A stretch of 55,163 nucleotides of DNA, the filler included, from Sphacelaria rigidula (lineage: Eukaryota), in assembly GCA_964200075.2 (NCBI GenBank). It is 5 parts of 5 records of this genome, joined end to end, with 100 filler letters (N's around TTAATTAATTAA, not from the genome) between each part and the next. Parts side by side here need not be neighbours in the genome. Positions count along the whole stretch, not along the records: positions 44,212 to 55,163 come from CAXNAA020005629.1; 4 more parts are not named here. The stretch is one strand, 5' to 3'. The stretch's first letter is position 1. Each line of letters begins with the position of its first letter. Of this stretch, positions 49,660-55,163 are shown in pieces. The position numbers and the translations under genes were made by a program. The notes under the pieces were generated by a model. It ran no database searches and was not told where the DNA came from. It saw only the letters and a list, made by a program, of their open reading frames with translations.

Positions 49660-52600
49660 CATGCAACACGCCCTTTGATGGCCGTTGCACTGCCCGATAC
49701 TGGCTCGCCACAAACTTTCATCACAGCCAGCTGCTGGCAACACATGATGAACGCTAAAGCAGCAGACAAACATTGCCTTTCTACTGTTCCCCCTCGTGTT
49801 TTTGGCGGGTTTGGTGCCTCCACTTCCCTCACGGTTGATCAATCAGTAAGACTCAGTGTGCAATTCTTCGATGACACGGGTTCCACTGCACGGTTAGCTG
49901 TGTGGCCACTCATTGTGCCCGATGGTTCCATGTCGGTTGATGTTCTCTTGGGACGTCATAGCTGGCTACATTTTTCCACACATACATACACAACGAACTC
50001 ACCTGTCTTGAACCGACCACTGACAGGCAGATGAAAATTTGGACATCACGACGCTGATCCAGGGGCTCAGGCCTATGTCGATGACCCAGCACAAACAGGT
50101 GATGCTTTTCGACTGTATTATGTTGGAGACCACGTCGTCTCTCTGTCCCGTGAACCTCAACACATCCATGTGAATCTTGTGAGACGGAACGGATTTCCCG
50201 CCCTCACTGGACAGTACTTGGTCGACTTCATCAATTCCAACCAAACCCCAGACAGTATTCCCCCCTTTGATCAGCCCGATGTATTTGTCCATGAGGATGG
50301 GCAATCCATTCCTCTCACGTCCTCTGCATGTCTCGATGTCCTTCCTGGTCAGTTGTTGGGTTTTGCTCAAGCGCCCCTCCTATGGGCAGCCTTGTTGCAT
50401 GTATGTCTAAAGGTACCACCGCAAACATCATCAGACAGCTCAGAGACAAACGGTTCCACTTCGTTCGACAAGACTGACCCCATGGTTGTAGCCGAATCGA
50501 CTGATACGCCTGACACAAAACCTCCGACTGTCTTACTAGATACATTCTCGCCAGAGCAACGTGTTAGTTTTCAACGATTATGGGATAAAATTCCCCCCCA
50601 TTTGAGACACATTGCGTTTGATTTATCTGGTGAGGGCTGGACAACCACAGTGATTGATCGGTTGCGCTCCATCTTGATACGATATTCTGAACGTTTTTCC
50701 AAATTGTCAACAGATTTAGGCCGCTGCAACACTATACCGTTCAAGCTCAACATTCCTGATGGTACGACACCTATCGCCATGCGTCCGTACCGTACAAACC
50801 CTCTTCTAGCGGGTAAAATTCAAGTGATTCTCGACGAATACTTGTCCGCCGGGTTAATACGGCACTCAACGTCTCCGTGGGCCTCGCCTTTGGTAGTCGT
50901 CCGGAAGAAGAATGGTAAGATCCGACTGACCGTCCATTATCAACGATTGAACGTAGTCACCAAAATTGCGCGTCTACTTCTTCCCCGGATAGATGAAATC
51001 ATCGACTCCCTCGGCGGGGGCAAAGTTTTTTCGAACTTCGACATGCAGTCCGGTTACCACCAACTGGTGATGGATCCGCACTCTATCGAGCTGACGGCGT
51101 TTTGCACCCCGCCAGGACTATATGAGTGGCTGGTCACTCCACAACGTGCCGCCGGCGCCCCAGGAGCATTTCAACGTGTGATGTTTCGCGTCATTGATGG
51201 ACTGTACAAATACCGCATGTACCTCGACGATGCGGTGGTTCACCGCAGTACACCTGCTGACCACATCGAACATTTGGCGTCCTTCTTTGCTCGTTTTGAA
51301 CAACACAATTTGAAGCTCGCCCCATCTAAAGCCCGCATTGGAGCCACGCGCATTGAGTTCCTAGGCCATTGTATCAGCCCTGAGGTCGTAGCCCCAACCT
51401 TGACAAAGTTGCCGCACTTAGAGAGATGCCCATGCCACGCGATGTCTCTCAACTGCGCTCTTTACTCGGTGGTTTGAGTTACTACCGTCAATATCTGCAA
51501 AATTCAGCCCAAACTCTAAAACCCCTCATCACCCTCCTCAAGAAAGGGGTGAAATTCGTGTTCACGTCGGCAATGGAAAAAATTGTACGAGAGCAGCTCG
51601 ACACATTGTCAAAGCCACCAATTCTGGTTTTTCCAGACTGGTCAGCTGCTGAAAATGGCTCCCGCCCGTTCCGACTGCACACGGATTCTTCGAAAATTGG
51701 GTTTGGCTGCACACTGGAACAGGAACAAGACGATGCTAGTGTTCGCCCCATTGTATATCTGAGCCGAACCACCTACCCAAACGAACAGAAATGGTCCGTA
51801 ATGGAACAAGAAGCAGGTGCAATTATTTGGGGAGTGCGACGACTCCGGCAAAATTTGTATGACCTCCCTTTTGTGATTTGTACAGATCATAAGTCTTTGA
51901 AAAACCTCGCCAAAATGGCGGAACACAACGCCCGGGTTCAACGCTGGTTTGAAATCTTATCTTCCTACAGCTTCACGTTGAAGTACCGCACAGGTCCCCA
52001 AAACGCAAACGCCGACTTCCTGTCACGCTTGCCCTTACCAGCCCAACCCATCGACAACTCCGCCTTGGACCGCATCACAGACCCCACCGAAGACATTGTA
52101 TATTTCATAAGCACAAATGGTCATCGCGGACTCTATACACCACTATCACTGAACCACAACTCGGCACTTGTTGAAAATAAGCTGATGCCTTCGGCTCACG
52201 CTTCTGTATTGGGCAGCTTGGCCCCACGATCGTTGTGTTCAGTTAGGGGTGAAACTCGTGCAACTACCGGCGGGTATGATCAATTTCATGGGTCTGATCA
52301 TCGGATGGTTTGCACTGTACAGCCGGTTTCTACTGACTGCGTACTCCCGGTTCAAGTCCGAGACCTCATCTCGAGCCGGACCCGAGGACGCCGGGCCGCG
52401 GAAAGGGCTGCCGCCCTGGCAGCAGCCGGCCCAGACCTCCCAACCCCCAACCCCATTCCAGTCCCCGATAACCTCCTTGCGCCCCCGTTACCTCCACGGC
52501 GCAAGGCCCCTAGAAAATCGACACCCTCCAAACCACCTCTGCCCCCCATAGTCGAGACCTCGACTGTGCCTTCTCCACCCCGTCATGGCACCACCTCCGG

Positions 52601-55000
52601 TACCACACCATCCGACATCCTCCACAACGTAGGAATAGAGGTGAACGTTCCGTTTGAGAATACACTGATCACCCCCTCTGAACTGGATCCAAATAACGCC
52701 TCGTGTCCATCCCACAGCGATTCGATCCCCTGCGTTTTGGACAACCCCTCCGATAGTGTATTCAAGGAACTGACCCTCTTTTCTTACGCGGATTGGGCCC
52801 GGGAACAGCAAGCTGAACCTGATTGTAGAGCAGCTATACATGATCTATCCAAAGGATGCCCCTCCCCCTTTCCAGAAACTGAGTTCCTTTTGCCAGTAGG
52901 GCCCCACCGAGCCCCCACGCAGGATGGAAGTTACTGAATTATCGCGTAAAGGCATGCTTTATACGGATGATGATGGCGTTGTTCTTTTAGTTCACCGGCC
53001 CCCCACGAAACCTCCTGGAGGGAAACCTACAAGTAGTCACGCCCGTTTGTTGGGTGATGCCCCCGTACGTATTTATTTTCCGATGCTTGTGCGCCCATGG
53101 GTTCTCCATGAATGCCACTCACAAGCATCCACACATCTGGGCGTCGCTAGGATCTCCCAGATGCTTCAGCGTTTTTTCGTGGGTTTGTATGGACCAATGT
53201 GTGCGTTGGTGGGTTCGGCGGTGTCTTCTTTGCCAAGCACGCAAAACTTCGCGCCAAACAGTTAGATGGCCGGTAATCTCTATGCCCCTCCCCAATGGAC
53301 CTGGTGAAATAGTTTCATGGGACTACTGCCCCTCACTGATCGTTGGAACAAGTACATTTTGTTGTTTACGGATCGGTTCAGTCGACATGCTGTGATGAAT
53401 GCTGTTTCGGAGGCCAACTATAGTGCAAAAGGGACTGCCAACGTCCTTGGGTACACATACATCCCTCAGTGGGGTGTCCCCAAACGTTTGTTATCCGATA
53501 ACGGCCGACATTTTGCCGGCAAACTTTCTGCCGCGATCAGTAATCTCCTGGGTGCTGTGACGGTCTAAGAGACAACCAACTAAAACCGTCACAGTGCCCA
53601 TCGTATTTTTACTTGTCCATATCATCCGTCCACCAACGGTGGGACCGAACGAGTTAATCACACGATGGCGCAAATGCTTGCCACAGTGACCAATGAGCGA
53701 CGAACGGACTGGGACCTGCACTTACCCCTTGTCCAAATAACTACAACAACTCCGTCAATGCTGCCACAGGCTTGGCTCCCAATGAAGTTCATATTGGTCG
53801 TATGCCTAGGTTGCCATTGACAGTGTTCGACAAGAAATCTCCTGGTGGTCGTCAGAGTTTGGATCGGGATAATGTGGAGTATCATATGTCTGTTAGTAAT
53901 CGTCTTCGTCTTGCATATGAGGTGGTACGGAAGCAGAACTTGATCAACGTAGCAAAGATAGCTAAGGCAAACAGTGTGTTGGATGATGCAGTGAACAACC
54001 GTCCGGTGTGGAACGTAGGTGAATGGGCATGGGTGTATAACGATGTGAGAACTGTAACCCAAGGTGCAAGCTCTGCTAAGTCGTCGTCGGATAAGGTGTT
54101 GAAGTCGAAGCTTTGCTCGAATTAGAATGATCCTTGGAAGATTTCGGCAGTTGGGCCCTGTGATACCGCCCCTGACGATAGGCCAGTAGGTGAGAAGCTT
54201 TTGGATTTGGATTCCCCCACGGATGAACCTGGCGTCAAACCCAAAAACCGGGTCCCGATGCTTCGGTGCAAGCCGTGTCTGCCCCCTCACGACACTAGTG
54301 ATATGCCCAAGCAATTGCCTATGGGGCTCAGTCAGTATGTGCTAACCAAGTATGCGGCGAAAACCCCACATTACCACATGACGATTGAAGACGCTGATGG
54401 TCTTCTTAAACGTGTAGTGGTAGATCGCACCTCGGGCCATCAATTAGTCCGAGGTCGAGGCGGTAAAATTGCGGTTATGTATCAGACTCACTGGAAAGGC
54501 CTCATGCGTGGTACGTGGGAACGGGAGGAGGATTTGCGTCATTTCGAAGAGAGATACTTTTATATTGGGTCGGAGATGTCGTCCAATACCGCCCGTTGAA
54601 CAAACGATATAGGTCTACGCGAAAAGGCGCAGCAGCTCGTGAACTGGCCCGAGAACACTCGGCACGATTTATCATTTCGGGCTATAGTCTCATTTCTCGT
54701 TCGCAATACCTGCGCTCTTTTTCGGAGAAACGTTTTCCGAAAGGTGCATATTTTTGTTATAGGGCTACGGATTCGCGGTGGTGGCTGGGGAAGATTCATT
54801 TGATAGATCCTGAGGCGGACGATTCCTACTACATCCGCTTCCTCGATGATCCGGGTCCTCTCAAGATCCGTCTCCACGACGATTACTACACCGAGATGTC
54901 GACCGCTCGCCGAGGATCTTGGTGCCTACAACAACACGACAAAGGGGACATCGACACAGCTGTCTTGCGCAACCCCGACACGGCGTGGGACACGGAATAA
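49660..55000 (+). pseudogene. Frameshifted pol of a chromovirus-like Ty3/gypsy element (PR-RT-RNase H-IN-chromodomain-extra domain)
   Basis: PR ALPDTGSPQTFI / VLLGR; RT WASPLVVV...FDMQSGYHQ...YLDD (51220); RNase H LHTDSSKIGFG, TDHKSL, NANADFLSR; IN H..THLG..CLLC, VSWD, LLSDNG, NGGTERVN; chromodomain 54414-54545; stop at 55000. Confidence 0.95.
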
Positions 55001-55163
55001 TCTTGGTAGAGAATTGCGTTCCTTCCGATTTTATTCGCGTCCTTTAACCCCCCCCTGTTTTTGTCTTGTCGTTGGTGTCGTTTTCTCAAGTACCGTTGTG
55101 AGTCGGTTGTCTGCGTTTTTCCCTACCGCCAATCGTCGTCCCCCTGGTCTCGTCGTGTTTTTT

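Larger units (their letters stand above)
47196..55163 (+). mobile_element. Internal region of the downstream gypsy copy, truncated by the window end
   Basis: PBS, ~2.4 kb of S/T/P-rich broken ORFs, pol, start of the 3' region. Confidence 0.9.

Overview
This is eukaryotic, intron-rich, repeat-rich DNA, most likely from a brown alga or another stramenopile. That assignment is an inference from gene structure and element types, not a database result. The window is not one locus. It is five contigs of almost equal length (1-10953, 11054-22006, 22107-33059, 33160-44111, 44212-55163) joined by artificial 100-bp N44-TTAATTAATTAA-N44 linkers. Contig 1 holds an array of degenerate ~50-bp palindromes, a spliced gene for a membrane protein (C4 zinc finger + Tudor-like + TMEM185-like repeat) and several MITEs. 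Contig 2 holds a LINE 3' end, a decayed gag-like region and a decayed Ty3/gypsy element carrying nested MITEs. Contig 3 holds a spliced gene (one GC-AG intron) ending in a small domain that resembles a phage-type domain, plus a hAT MITE and tandem repeats. Contig 4 holds a minus-strand multi-exon gene head-to-head with an ARMC8/GID5-like gene, a tRNA-derived SINE and MITEs. Contig 5 holds two copies of a chromovirus-like Ty3/gypsy element sharing one LTR; its integrase ends in a chromodomain plus a second Tudor/PWWP-like module, and no gag is recognisable.
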